Shown: positions 25,462 to 38,538 of the stretch, piece by piece
How positions within the stretch are numbered: position 1 is the stretch's first letter
Layout of the letters: each line of letters starts with the position of its first letter
NCBI RefSeq assembly: GCF_004010195.1
Contig: NC_057718.1
Span: 72,672,674-72,736,673 of the forward strand
Reading direction: 5' to 3'
Source of the DNA: Chiloscyllium plagiosum
Lineage: Eukaryota
Length of the DNA: 64,000 nt
Made by a program: the position numbers and the translations under genes
The notes under the pieces: generated by a model
What the model was told of the DNA's origin: nothing
The model's database searches: none
What the model saw: only the letters and a program-made list of their open reading frames with translations

Positions 25462-26964
25462 TTTGCTCATGTTGGGTATCGGGTCTTTCGTTCTGGCGAG
25501 TTGTTGTCTGAGCGTGGCTGTTGGTTTGTGTGCCGTTATGAGTCCTAGGGGTCGCAGTAGTCTGGCAGTCAGTTCCGAGATGCTCCTGATGTATGGTAGT
25601 GTGGCTAGTCCTTTTGGTTGTGGTATGTCCTCGTTCCGTGGTCTTTCTCTTAGGCATCTCTTAGGCATTTATTTAGTATCTTCCCTATCTAATGTACTCC
25701 ATAGAGATGGCCTTGTTGATCTTTAAATGCCCTATTCCCTCCTAGTTACTTTTTTGCCCTTAATGTATTTGTAGAATCTACTTGCCGAAAATCTCATATC
25801 ACCTTTTTGCCCTCGCAATTTCCCTCTTAAGTATGCTCCTACTGCCCTTCTACTCCTTCAGGGATTCACTCGATCCCAGTTGTCTGAACCTGACATCCAA
25901 CCCCTTCTTTTTCTTAACCAGAGCCTCGATTTCTCTAGTCATCCACATTTCCTCCAAGTACCAGCCTTGGCCATTCGCACTAATAGGAACATGCTATCTC
26001 CGAATTCTCGTTACCTCATTGCTGACTATTTCCAGCATTGCTTTTTTAAAATTTGATTTCCAGCGCCTGCAGTATTTTGCTTTGTTTATAAATTCATTAA
26101 AACTGAGAGACTCTTGCCAATTTAAAAACAATTTTCGATGCCATGTCTTGCGACTTCTATCCTTGCAGAAGAATGAAGATACTTCCAGCCATAAATGGAG
26201 CTGTATAACATTGAGTGGGCAAAGTTACTACCATTCTTCTGAGGTGGCACAATGGGCCACCTCTGTTCATAAAAAAACAGAAATGTTCTATATTTCATAG
26301 CCCAAGTAAGTCGGAGGATTATTAATATAAAAAAATAGAGGTTACTCTTGCAGAACCATTCAAATATCATAAGTTAGGGAACCATTCATATGGATTTTGA
26401 CATTAAATCTTTAGCAAAATATTGCATAAAATTCTCCTTCTTCTGAATGCTGCAATTCCATGGGAATACAAATTGTTTGCAGATCCTGTTATAATGATGT
26501 CCAGTTGTGTAACTAATACTCTAACTGCACAAAACTTTTTTTTCTTAAAAATTCAGGCTATTGTGAATGTGGGTTGCTTTTAAGACAATTAAACTCTAGA
26601 CAGCTGCAGTATCAGCAGGTTTCTGTCAACATCAAGAACATTAATGTCATCAAAACCTCTGTGCAAATAAAACTAATTCTTTTGGTCAGGTGTGTTGGTA
26701 AGTTTCTTCCATGGCACAATGCTAAAATGTTTTTCTTAATTTCAGATAACACCTTGGGACATTTTGATTTTAAAAACACTATTTAAATGCAATTTACTGT
26801 TGGCAAAAGCGAAGGCCAGTAATGTGCATGCAGAAATTGGGCGTAATGTTTTTAAAAATTTTGGGTTCCCAAACCCTCTTCAGAACTACATGCAATGACA
26901 CAACTTTCAGTTTTTAGCAAGCAGAACGATTAAATGGAATGATATGATGTGAGGAATCGCATAC

Positions 26965-26994
26965 CTGGCATAGTACTCTCATACTTCGAGTTGG
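26965..26994 (-). CDS. DOP1A: DOP1A 30-nt microexon: PTRSMRVLCQ
   Basis: Minus strand reads ctctgctttcttcttttaaag|CCA ACT CGA AGT ATG AGA GTA CTA TGC CAG|gtatgc, phase 0-0. The peptide matches my recollection of the human DOP1A segment between DIVSL and ETYIEIQ. Confidence 0.9.
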
Positions 26995-28464
26995 CTTTAA
27001 AAGAAGAAAGCAGAGGTTTACAAAAAAACAGCTGTTGCACTTAAAATGACTGGAAGAGAATAGAAATTACTGGAGCATTCTTGAACGGCTTTCTGCAGTT
27101 TACACTTCTTGCCTCCTCTTCCTGCATTTTCCCAACCAACCCAGCCACCAGAGTCAATATTTCACCACTAGCTGTCAGTGAGGTTCGACAACTCTTCATT
27201 TCTGACTAATTTTAATTAGAGAAACAGGCAGTCATTAACTGCAGATGTGAAGACAGAATAAACAAAATAGACCCACCAAGCACATTGCTTTGTTGGGCAC
27301 AATGTATTCTGCTACAACAAATGATGGATCCCAAAAGAAAAAACCATAATAAACTTAAATAAAATTATGTTTGAAATGGCACACCTTTAGATGTAGTTCT
27401 CCTTGTCCTTCAAATGCAGATAAATTTCCAATCAGGAATAACTTATTTCTTAATAGCTTAGTTTGATTATTTGATAATCTGCTGATATTTACCGTCAAGG
27501 TAGACATCTTGAATGTGAAATAGACAAACATTATAGTACAGTCCAATCATGACCTTGGTGAAATGCCAGCAAAGAATCAGTCTTCAGAGATGGGCCTGGA
27601 AAAACTTCCTTAATCAGTATGTTTCTTGTCAATGAAGCAGGAGGTACTGCTGGTTCTGACCTGGGGGAATGTAGTTGGTCAACTGGATCATTTTTCAGTA
27701 GGGGAACACAGCACTATAAGTTTATGAATAGTTATGGAAAAGATAAGGAGCAATCTAGAGTATTAATGCTTAGAAGGAGGGCGGCAACTTATAGTGGAAC
27801 AGAAATAATCTGTCACTGGAAAATCTGATTCAAAGATTGGCAAGCAAATTGCAAAGAAATAATGGGTTGCCTTTAAAGAGAAAGTGGCACAGGTACAGGC
27901 AAGGTTGTTCCTACAAAAGGGAAAGATAGACAGACTTTTCTGGATAATGAAAAAAGAAAGAGAGTAAGGTGAGCAGGAACAAAGGTACTCATGATGAAGA
28001 CAAGAGCTTCATAGTACAAGAACTTGGCTGAATGTAGAAAGTTCAGAAGGGAAGCAAAAAGTAAATTAAACAAAGAGGGATTATGAGAACAGACTGACAC
28101 TTCCATTAAATGAGCAATTCAACAGTATCCTACAGGCGTATAAAGAGTAATGGGGAAGGATGGAGATGATTGCAAAGTGCAAGGTCAGAGATTGCATGGC
28201 TCAGGTAATAAATGAGTGTTCTGTCCTCAACTTTACTATGCTCAAATCATAGTGAAAGTGGAAATAGTTGAGACACTGTATGGATGGGCTAAAACTTGAT
28301 AAACAGAAATATTATATACTCTAGATGAACTCAAGGTTGTAGATAGAATCCACCTAATATATTGAGAAGAAAAAGCAAGGAAATTGCAGAGGCAGTGGTT
28401 ATTATTTTCTGAACTTCCTTTCACACAACAGCAGTGCCTGAAAACTTGAAAACTGTAATCCTTG

Positions 28465-29910
28465 CTTTAAAACTGGATGGCTTTGAGGTATGTAGAGAAG
28501 AGGTGTTGGAAATTCTGCAAAGGGTGAAAATAGATAAGATTTATCCTAGGATTCTCTGGGAAGCAAGGGAGGAGATTGCAGAGCCATTGGCCTTAATTTT
28601 TAAGTCCTCGTTGTCTACAGGAGTAGTGCCAGAAGATTGGAGGCTAGTTCAAGAAGGGGAGTAGGGATAACCCTAGTAACTATAGGCCGGTGAGTCTCAC
28701 TTCTGTTGTGGGCAAAATCTTAGAGAGAATTGTAAGGGATAGGATTTATGAACATCTGGATAGGAATAATGTGATCAAGGATAGTCAGCATGGTTTTGTG
28801 AAGGGCAGGTCGTGCCTCACAAACCTTATTGAATTCTTTGAGAAGGTGACTAAGGAGGTGGACGAGGGGAAAGCAGTAGATGTGGTGTATATGGATTTTA
28901 GTAAGGCGTTTGATAAGGTTCCCCATGGTAGACTACTGCAAAAAATACGGAGGTATGGCATTGAGGGTGAGTTGGAGGTTTGGATTAGGAGTTGGCTGGC
29001 TGNNNNNNNNNNNNNNNNNNNNNNNNNNNNNNNNNNNNNNNNNNNNNNNNNNNNNNNNNNNNNNNNNNNNNNNNNNNNNNNNNNNNNNNNNNNNNNNNNN
29101 NNNNNNNNNNNNNNNNNNNNNNNNNNNNNNNNNNNNNNNNNNNNNNNNNNNNNNNNNNNNNNNNNNNNNNNNNNNNNNNNNNNNNNNNNNNNNNNNNNNN
29201 NNNNNNNNNNNNNNNNNNNNNNNNNNNNNNNNNNNNNNNNNNNNNNNNNNNNNNNNNNNNNNNNNNNNNNNNNNNNNNNNNNNNNNNNNNNNNNNNNNNN
29301 NNNNNNNNNNNNNNNNNNNNNNNNNNNNNNNNNNNNNNNNNNNNNNNNNNNNNNNNNNNNNNNNNNNNNNNNNNNNNNNNNNNNNNNNNNNNNNNNNNNN
29401 NNNNNNNNNNNNNNNNNNNNNNNNNNNNNNNNNNNNNNNNNNNNNNNNNNNNNNNNNNNNNNNNNNNNNNNNNNNNNNNNNNNNNNNNNNNNNNNNAGGA
29501 GAGGCTGAGGCACTTGGGGTTGTTTTCATTGGAGAAAAGAAGGTTTAGGGGTGACTTGATAGAGGTGTACAAGATGATTAGGGGTTTAGATAGGGTCGAC
29601 AGTGAGAATCTTTTACCTCGTATGGAGTCAGCTATTACAAGGGGGCATAGCTTTAAATTAAGGGGGGGGTAGGTATAGGACAGATGTTAGGGGTAGGTTC
29701 TTTACTCAGCGAGTCGTGAGTTCATGGAATGCCCTGCCAGTAGCAGTGGTGGACTCTCCCTCATTATGGGCATTTAAGCGGGCATTGGATAGGCATATGG
29801 AGGATAGTGGGCTAGTGTAGGTTAGGTGGGCTTGGATCGGCGCAACATCGAGGGCCGAAGGGCCTGTACTGCGCTGTATTCTTCTATGTTCTACGTTCTA
29901 TGTTCTATGA
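28465..29910 (+). mobile_element. Young 5'-truncated CR1 LINE spanning an assembly gap, nested in an older decayed CR1
   Basis: ORF 28690.. reads SLTSVVGKILE...QHGFVKGRSCLTNLIEFFE...YMDFSKAFDKVPH; (ttctatg)n tail at ~29880-29908. Confidence 0.92.
29003..29496. other. Assembly gap (N run)
   Basis: Run of N inside a young CR1. Confidence 1.
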
Positions 29911-30375
29911 ACCCAACAACTACAGACCAGTCATTTTAACCTCAGCAGTAGGAAACATTTAAGAAATGTATAATTCCGGATTAAAATTAATTAATAAATT
30001 GGACAATTTAGGAGTAAATAAGGAAAATCAGTACAAATTTCTTAAAGATTACACACTTAACCCTGTAGAATAGAAGAAAAAGACAGGAGACAGCCATTCA
30101 GTCATTTCTCTTCTAGCTCTCTGAAAAAGGAACTCAGTTAGTCCAACTTTGCACCTTTCCCCCTAAACCAGATATGTGTTTTCTATCCAATTTCCCTTTG
30201 AATGTCAAGACTCATTTTACCTCCATTTATATACATCACTTGAAGCCATAGTTGTATTTCTGCCAATTCCACCAGCTTACCAATGCCAACTTAAAGGCTA
30301 TCACCAATCTCCATAGTTCATAATACTTTCAACTTTTGCATCACAGCAAACTTTATATTTAGGTATGCAAGATAG

Positions 30376-30690
30376 TGGGCGGCACGGTGGCACGGTAGCA
30401 CTGCTGCCTCACAGCGCCTGAGACCCGGGTTCAATTCCCGCCTCAGGCGACTGACTGTGTGGAGTTTGCACGTTCTCCCCGTGTCTGCGTGGGTTTCCTC
30501 CGGGTGCTCCGGTTTCCTCCCACAGTCCAAAAGATGTGCAGGGTCAGGTGTATTGGCCATGCTAAATTGCCCGTAGTGTTACGTAAGGGGTAAATGTAAG
30601 GGTATGGGTGGGTTTCGCTTCGGCGGGTCGGTGTGGACTTGTTGGGCCGAAGGGCCTGTTTCCACACTGTAACGTAATCTAATCTAATGT
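30376..30690 (+). mobile_element. HE1-type SINE
   Basis: B box, central core, CR1-like tail and (taatc)n; small deletion in the A-box region. Confidence 0.9.
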
Positions 30691-31154
30691 AATAAAAATT
30701 CACATCATTAATATAAATAAGTAGTACTGATCCCTAAAGCTGCAGAACAGCACCAGCAGTGAGCCCTGGTACAGCACATGGGGAAACAACTCCGGCAGAG
30801 ATCAGCACAGGGGAGGCAGTCCTGGCACTTACTTTGGAGCAACTGAGTGCTTGTACGGAGTGGTTAGGAGCAGGGACAAATCCCAGATTGGACTGCGGTC
30901 TGGTGCAAACAGAGAGACCACACACGGAGACCCTGCGCCAAGCTGCTACATTGGAATGTCTACCTGAAATTTCCTACCTTACTGTACTGTCAACCCTGTA
31001 TTGTTGTCCTATTTTTAACTTATTGTTCAATTCTAAGTAATGCAACTATTTTTATTCCTCTGCTGTATCCAAGAACTGTACTAGGTACCTTAGATGTTGC
31101 CATGAGGAGGCAGACATTGTGAAAGCTTTTCACTGTACTCATACAATGGAATAC

Positions 31155-31405
31155 ATAGAACATAGAACAATACAGCACAAAACAGGCCCTTCGGCCCACG
31201 ATGTTGTGCCGAACTTCTAACCTAGATTAAGTACCCAACCATGTACCTATCCAAATGCCGCTTAAAGGTCGCCAATGATTCTGACTCTACCACTCCCACG
31301 GGCAGCGCATTCCATGCCCCCACCACTCTCTGGGTAAAGAACCCACCCCTGACATCTCCCCTATACCTTCCACCCTTCACCTTAAATTTATGTCCCCTTG
31401 TAACA
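31155..31405 (-). mobile_element. CR1 3'-end fragment
   Basis: catagaacatagaac tail; ORF2 C-terminal sequence on the minus strand. Confidence 0.8.
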
Positions 31406-31959
31406 TATGATGATAAAAGGAAATTGCACTGGAGAATTTCAGTATGAAATATCCTTCAGTCCAAAAACTAAGCAATCATGCCAATTCTCTCCAGTTTTAT
31501 CTTGTTCATAAAGAAAATCTTCAAATAATAATCCACAACACAAATAATCACATGTTCCAAAATATAGTAAATGTTTTGTTTGATTGTTGTGGTGTAATAC
31601 AGCATTCTAAATGGAAATAAAAACATATTTATCCCTGTAAACCCCAAGGTGCCCAAAACTTACTCATGGAAGAGACAACTGGAGAAAAATGTCTCTGGAG
31701 AAGTGATGACGCACTGCACCTTCAATGGCAAGATAATTCTCTCCAATGTTTATTGCTGATCGGTTCACGATGGACCTATCAGCAGCATATGAGACACAGC
31801 AACATGTGTATGGAAGAGCAGCACAGAGCAGTTAAGTAGCAACAGGTTTGTCTGCCAGTGGCTGAGTGAACAAGAGCCAAGAATCAGGAAGTGACATGTC
31901 AGGGGCCAGAAGTATTTATGTTGATGCTGGGAAAGGATGCTAGAGCCACCACATTGCCA

Positions 31960-32410
31960 AGATGGTTACCTGACTACTGGGTGCAGACAGGAGGTGGTGG
32001 CTTCAAGGGAGGCAGCAGGAGAGAAGGAAACTGAAAGCAGCTGGGAGAGGTTGTGGGTGGGGTGATGTTTTTGAGTAGGGTTTGGGAGAGAGGAGTGCAT
32101 GACGACAGTGAGAGATAGAATGTGCAAGGCAGGTAGTTGTGAGAGTGTGCACGAGGGGCAAAGGTAGGGAAAAGACAGAAGATGCAAAGGGATTGGGATA
32201 GAAGGAAGGGAGGATGCAAGGAAGAGTGGGAGATAGGAAGGATACCATGTGATGGAGACGGTAGAATAGAAGGGGATAAAGGAGAGAGAGGAAGTGCATG
32301 AGGGGTTAGGAGAGACAAAGAGGCTAGAGGGTAGAAGGAAGAGAGAGAGGATCCAAGGATGTAGAGAGGAAAGAGAGGGAAACTACACGGTGGAGGCTAC
32401 AAAGAGGAGA
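31960..32410 (+). repeat. Purine (GA)-rich low-complexity tract
   Basis: Strong G+A excess on the + strand; no clean period. Confidence 0.7.
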
Positions 32411-33026
32411 ATACTCAACTTACTAGCGTGAGGCTGTACATGCTCAGGAGCTACTTTATGGAATAAAATGTGGTGGTTATTATTAGAATAAACAGTGCAC
32501 CAATTTTTACTTTTAAATCTGCAGTTGAGATCTGAAACTGGTAAAAACGGAAGTGACTGCCTGATTTAGATCTTCCAATTTTGTAAATACGCAATGAAAA
32601 TGAGAGTGACAGTGAGAGCTGTGACGCCAAAAATCTGCAAATTATGTTTAGGGTGATGGCTTTTTGTATATACAATTACGTGTCAGTTACTTTTGATAAA
32701 CAAATTTTTGTTGAGCAATTATGCCTTTGTGCAAAGTTAAATACAGTGCTTTCCTTGTGCATTGTAGCTTTAAATTTTATGTGCGGTTTTAATTGAGGAT
32801 TTTATCAAATTCTTCTAATTCTGCTTCTGAATAAGTTTATACATCTCACATGTCAACACGAATATAGACAGTCATGTTACAACTTCAGTGCATCACCAAG
32901 TAAACAAATTTGAGAGAATGAAAAGGTAGTCATGGAAGATCTAAAGCTAGCCCTCAAAAAGAAAAAAAAGGTGTTTTATGCCTTGGTGTATTGTACAAAA
33001 GAAATTCTGATTAACACACATTCAAC

Positions 33027-33353
33027 TCGTATGAGGAAAGGCTGAGGCACTTGGGGTTGTTTTCATTGGAGAAAAGAAGGTTTAGGGGTGACTTGATGGA
33101 GGTGTACAAGATGATTAGGGGTTTAGATAGGGTCGACAGTGAGAATCTTTTTCCACGTATGGAGTCAGCTATTACAAGGGGGCACTGCCAGTAGCAGTGG
33201 TGGACTCTCCCTCATTATGGGCATTTAAGCGGGCATTGGATAGGCATATGGAGGATAGTGGGCTAGTGTAGGTTAGGTGGGCTTGGATCGGCGCAACATC
33301 GAGGGCCGAAGGGCCTGTACTGCGCTGTATTCTTCTATATTCTATATTCTATA
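33027..33353 (+). mobile_element. Young CR1 3' fragment with internal deletion at ~33185
   Basis: Almost identical to 29500-29905 apart from one deleted block. Confidence 0.9.
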
Positions 33354-34036
33354 ACTCAATAAAAGAACAGTGGTATTTATTGACAGCAACACTGTATAAT
33401 TAGGATGCTTTAACAAAAACACCCAAAACAAAGAGCTCCCATGATATTTTAAATTAAATTATAGCTTTATGGCTTAGGCCACTTTCCATATGAGCATTAT
33501 TTGCAATTCAGCACATTTATCATCACATTTTGTTGTCTTAATTAGTTTATAGAAGAACAGCATTTATATTTACCTGCCTAAATAATTTATCAGGTCAAAT
33601 AAAACTTAATAGTTTGCAAGATACCAAAAATATCTGCTAGACCCCCTCTCATACTTTATCGATTCTTTATACTACTAATCCAACTTTATGTTGCACTAAA
33701 CATCCTTCAATCTTCTTGAGCAAGTTAGGGCTATCTAAAGTACTATCAGCATTTATAAGTTTACGTAAATCCAAATTTAACATGTTTGGGCAAACAGTGC
33801 AATGCTACTCAAATGCTATTTCCTTAAATGTCTATTTCATCCTCCATTTAAATGACAATTTATTTCAGAAAATTCAATGTATTAATTAACCAAGATTATA
33901 ATACTGAGTTTCTCATAGAATTAATAATTTTGACATTCCTAAAACATGGAAGAATAATACTCAATGAAATTTCTCTATACTTATACAGAAAATTCAATGT
34001 ATTAATTAACCAAGAATCGAATATTGAGTTTTCATC

Positions 34037-35680
34037 AGGGGAATAGGGAGAGAGAGGAGTTGAACAGGGATAGTATCAGCAAGGAAGGTTTCAGATACAT
34101 GGATAATTGGAGCTCATTCTAGAGTAGGTGGGACCTCTACAAACAGGATGGTCTCCACCTGAACCAAAGGAAACAGAAGGGTACCAAAACTCTTGGGGGG
34201 GGGGGGGGTGGAAGCTTCGGGAGGGTTTAAACTAAGGGGAATGGGAACCTAAACTGTAGTTCCAGTGTCCAGGAGGTTGAGAGTAGTGAAGTCAGAAATG
34301 AGGTTTCAAGGTCGCAAGAGTTCACCAGAAACAGGAAGATGGTTTGAAGTATGTCTACTTCAAGTGCCGAAGACTGGAGGATAGCAAATGTTACCTTATT
34401 CAAGAAGGGGAGTAGAGACAACCGTGGTAATTATAGACCAGTGAGCCTTACTTCGGTTGTGGGTAAAGTTGGAAAGGTTATAAGAGACAGGAGTATATAT
34501 AGAGAGGAATAAGTTGATGATGGATAGTTTTGTGAAGGGCAGGTCATGCTTCACAAACCTCAGAGTTCTTTGAAATGGTGTCCAAACAGATGGATGAGGA
34601 CAAAGCAGTTGATGTGTATATGGATTCCAGTAAGGCGTTTGATAAGGTTCCCCATGGTAGGATGTTGCACAACATACAGAGGCATGAGATTGAAGGTGAT
34701 TTCGCAGTTTGGAACAGAAGTTAGCTAGCTGAAAGAAGACAGAGGGTGGTGATTGATGGGAAATATTCTTCCTGGCGTTCAGTTACTAGTGGTGTACCAC
34801 AAGGATCTGTTTTGGGGCAAGTGCTGTTTGTCTTTTTTATCAATAACCTGGATGAGGATGGGTTAGTAAATTTGCAGATGACACTAAGGTCGGTGGAGTT
34901 GTGGATAGTGCTGAAGGATGTTGCAAGTTACAGAGGGACAGATCAGCTGAGAGGTGGCAAATGAAGGTTTATGAGGAAAAGTGTGATTCACTTTGGAAGG
35001 CGCAACAGGAATAAAGAGTACTGGGCTAATGGCAAGATTCTTGGTAGTGTAAATGAGCAGAGAGATCTCGGTGTCCATGTACATAGATCCCTGAAAGTTG
35101 CCACCTAGGTTGGTAGGGTTGTCAAGAAGGTATACAGTGTGTTAGCTTTTATTGGCAGCGGGATTAAGTTTCCGAGCCACGAGGTCATGCTGCAGTTGTA
35201 CAAAACTCTGCATACAGTTCTGGTCACCGCATTATAGGAAGGATGTGGAAACTTTGGAAAGGGTTCAGAGGAGATTTACCAGGATGTTGCCTGGTATGGA
35301 GGGAAGGTCTTATAAGCAAAGGCTGAGGGACTTGAGGCTGTTTTCAGAGAGATGAAGGTTGAGAAGTGACTTAATTGAGACATAAGATATTCAGAGGGTG
35401 AGATAAGGTGGACAGTGAGAGCCTTTTTCCTCGGATTGTGATGGCTAGCATGAGGGGACATAGCTTTAAATTGAGGAGTGATAGATCTAGGACAGATGTC
35501 AGAGGTAGTTTCTTTACTCAGAGCAGTAGGGGCATGAAACGTACTGCCTGCAATAGTAGTAGATTAAACATTTGGATGAAAATGGAATAGTGTAGGATAA
35601 ATAGGCTTCAAATTGGTTCCACAGCTCGATGCAACATCTAGGGCCGAAGGGCCTACTGTGCTGTAATGTTCTATGCTTTA
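34037..35680 (+). mobile_element. CR1 LINE with large internal deletion (ORF1 end and ORF2 start joined to RT at ~34365)
   Basis: DGLHLN-like esterase motif at ~34147, then directly EDWRIAN; RT fragments 34746..35355. Confidence 0.85.
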
Positions 35681-35764
35681 TGTTTTAATTTACAATGTAA
35701 TCGTAATTTTTTTTGCTCAGACAGTAGCTGTCAGTAACAGAGACCAATTAGATGAAAATCTTAC

Positions 35765-35876
35765 CAATGACACAATGTCCAATAGAAAGTCAACTAAGAG
35801 ACAGAATTCAGGCAGACAATATTCTGACATTTCCTTGCCATGAGATGAGGCCTGCAATCTTGTATTCAGTGTTATC
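35765..35876 (-). CDS. DOP1A: DOP1A coding exon (112 nt): (R)ITLNTRLQASSHGKEMSEYCLPEFCLLVDFLLDIVSL
   Basis: Lies within ORF 35717..35932; acceptor cattag| and donor TTG|gtaaga; conserved FCLLVDFLLDIVSL. Confidence 0.95.
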
Positions 35877-38477
35877 CTAATGAGGAAGAGAAATATATTT
35901 ATATCACATGTCCATACAAATACAAACTTCATTTTCTCAAATAAACAGTGAACTCTGGTATAATCTATTTTTTTTAAAAAACATTGCTAGTCCCAAGAAA
36001 TTATATTAATGCTGCAATCTTCAGTTACTAGGAATGCAAAGTATTGAATTGTGCAATACAACAGCCCACACAGATGTAAAGGATGCTCTGAGTTGCACAA
36101 TTACAATATTCATGGGGGACTTCAGTTATGCACGTAGACCGGGAAACTTACATGGATGTCAAGGAAAGGAATTCAGGTGATATCTGACAGACATTTTCTT
36201 GGAGCAGCTGGTGGTAGAGCCCACTGGGGAACAGGTTATTCTGGATTTACTAATGTATAATGAGGCAGACTTGATTAGGGAGCTTAAGGTGAAGGAACCC
36301 CGATAGACCAGTGACCATAACACGATAGAATTCACCCTCCAGCGAGAGGGAGAAGCTGGAATGAGCTGTAAAGGTGTTATAATTGAGTAAAGTAAACTGC
36401 AAAGATATGAGGGAGGAGCTTGTCAGAGTTAATGGGAGTGGAGTCTAGCAGGCAAGAACAGGAATGGTAGGAGTTTCTGGAGGTAATTCAGGAAGCACAG
36501 CAGAAACTCATCCCAAGGGAAAAGAAACAAGGGAGTATGAGGCAACCATGGCTGATAAAGGAAATCAGGAACAACATAAAAGCCAAACAAAAAGCATACA
36601 ACGTGATCAAGATTATTGGCAAGCCAGAGGATTGGGAAGTCTTCAGCAACAGAGAATAACTAAAAAAGCAATAAGGGCAAAGAAGAGGATAGATGAGTAA
36701 GCTAGCTAGTAATATAAAGGAAGACTGTAAGAGCACTTTTTTAGATATCCAAATAGATAGGCAATTTTCTAAACTTGAACACTGGACCACTAGAAAATTA
36801 GATTGGAGTGGTAGCAAGAGGGAACAAAGAAAACACAGAGGAACTGAATAAGTACTTTGCATCAGTTTACACAGTGGAAGACACCAGCAACATATGAAAA
36901 CTTCAAGAGAGTCATGGGGCACAGATGAGTGTAGTGGCCATCACTAAGGAGACAGTGCTGAGAAAACTGACAAGTTTGAAGGTCGATGAACTATCTGGAC
37001 AGATGAGCTACAACCTTCTCTGCTTTCTGAGGAGATAGCAGAGAAGGTTGTAGAGGCATTGGTAATGATCTTTCAGGAATCACTGGACTCCTGGAGTGTC
37101 CTTTGAGAGTGGAAAATGGCTCATCTAACACCCAATTTTAAGGAGGGAGAAGATAGGAAACTGTAGGCCAGTAAGCCCGAACTCAGTCATTGCTAAGATT
37201 TTAGAGTCCCTTATTAAGGATGAGATTGTTGAGTACTTGGAAGTGCATGGTAAAATAAGGCTGAGTCTGCATGGCTTTGTCAAGGGGAGGTCATGCCTGA
37301 CAAATCTGTTAGAATTCTTTGATGAAGTAACAAACAAGTTAGACAGTGGACAAGATCTATTTGGATTTTCAGAAGACCTTTAACAAGGTGGCACACAGGA
37401 GGTTCCTAAATAAGAACCCCTAACGTTAGGGTCAAGGCATAGATAGAGGATTGACTGACTGGCATAGGGCAGAAAGTAGGGGAAAAAAATATCTTTTTTG
37501 GGATGTTAGCTGGCGATTAGTGAAATTCTGCAGGGGTCAGTGTGGCCCAAAGGAATGGAAGACATTGTTCTAAGTTTGCAGATGACACAAAGATAGTTGG
37601 AGGGACAATAGTGTTGAGGAAGTGGGGAGCTGCAGAAGGATTTGTACAGGCTAGGCAAGTGGGCAAAGAAGTGGCAGATGGAATACAATGTGAAAAGTGT
37701 GAGGTTATGCATTTTGGTAGGAAGAATAGTAGTGTAGATTATTTTCTAAATACTTTGGAAATATGAAGCACAAAGTGACTTGGAAATCCTAGTTCAGGAT
37801 TCTCTTAGGGTCAACGTGCAAGTCCAGTAGGCTGTTAGGAAAGCAAATGCAATGCTGGCATTCATTTCAAGGGGGCTAGAATACAAGAGCAAAGATGTAC
37901 TGCTGAGGTTGTATACAGTTCTGGTCAGACTGCATTTAGAAAATTATGAGCAGTTTTCGGCACCGTATCAAAGGAAACCACGGGACTAGATTAATTTAGG
38001 ATATCTGGTCAGCATGGATGAATTGGACTTAAAGGTCTGTTTCCATGCTGCATATCTCTATGACACTATACGCAGGCTGGCATTGGAGGGGATCCAAAGG
38101 AGGTTTACAAGAATGATCCGACAGAAGAAGGACTTATCATATGAGGAGCAGTCAAAGACTTTGGGTCTGTACTTGGAGTTTATAAGGATGAGGGGGGGAA
38201 TCAGATTGAAACCTACAGAAAACTACAAGGTTGAGAATGTGTTTCCACGAATAGGAGAGACTAAGAACCAAAGGCACATACTCAGAGGGAAGGCACAGCT
38301 CTTTTAGATTGAGATGATGAGAAATTCCTTCAACCAGAGGATAGTTAATCTGTGGAAGTCATTGCCACAGAGGGCTGTTGAAGTCAAGTCATTCAGTGCA
38401 TTTGAGTCAGAGATAGATAGTAAAGGAATCAAAGGTTACAGGGAGAAGGTAGGAGAATGGGGATGAAAAACATATCA

Positions 38478-38538
38478 AAGTATAGATCAGAGGGATGCTG
38501 GAAAAGCACAGCAGGTCAGGCAGCATCCGAGGAGCAGG
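38478..38538 (-). mobile_element. 61-nt PLE 3'-tail insertion
   Basis: TSD aaacatatca (38468-38477, 38539-38548); matches the sequence just downstream of the hammerhead in 40561-40700. Confidence 0.7.

Larger units (their letters stand above)
25182..25666 (-). mobile_element. 5'-truncated Penelope/Poseidon-type element (RT-endonuclease linker, assembly gap, 3' end with hammerhead)
   Basis: ORF 25171..25668 reads LATLPYIRSISELTARLLRPLG..AHKPTATLRQQL..TKDP; 13-bp TSD atttatttagtat (25169-25181, 25667-25679). Confidence 0.88.

Noticed and set aside
28690..29672. Long ORFs (160-270 aa) here and at 25160-25726
   Set aside because: Their length comes from reading through N runs.
31966..32318. Pro/Ser/Leu-rich minus-strand ORFs
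   Set aside because: They are a by-product of the purine-rich low-complexity tract.
34195..34208. Poly-G runs (also 46260-46275) as G-quadruplex candidates
   Set aside because: Simple homopolymer expansions with no other support.
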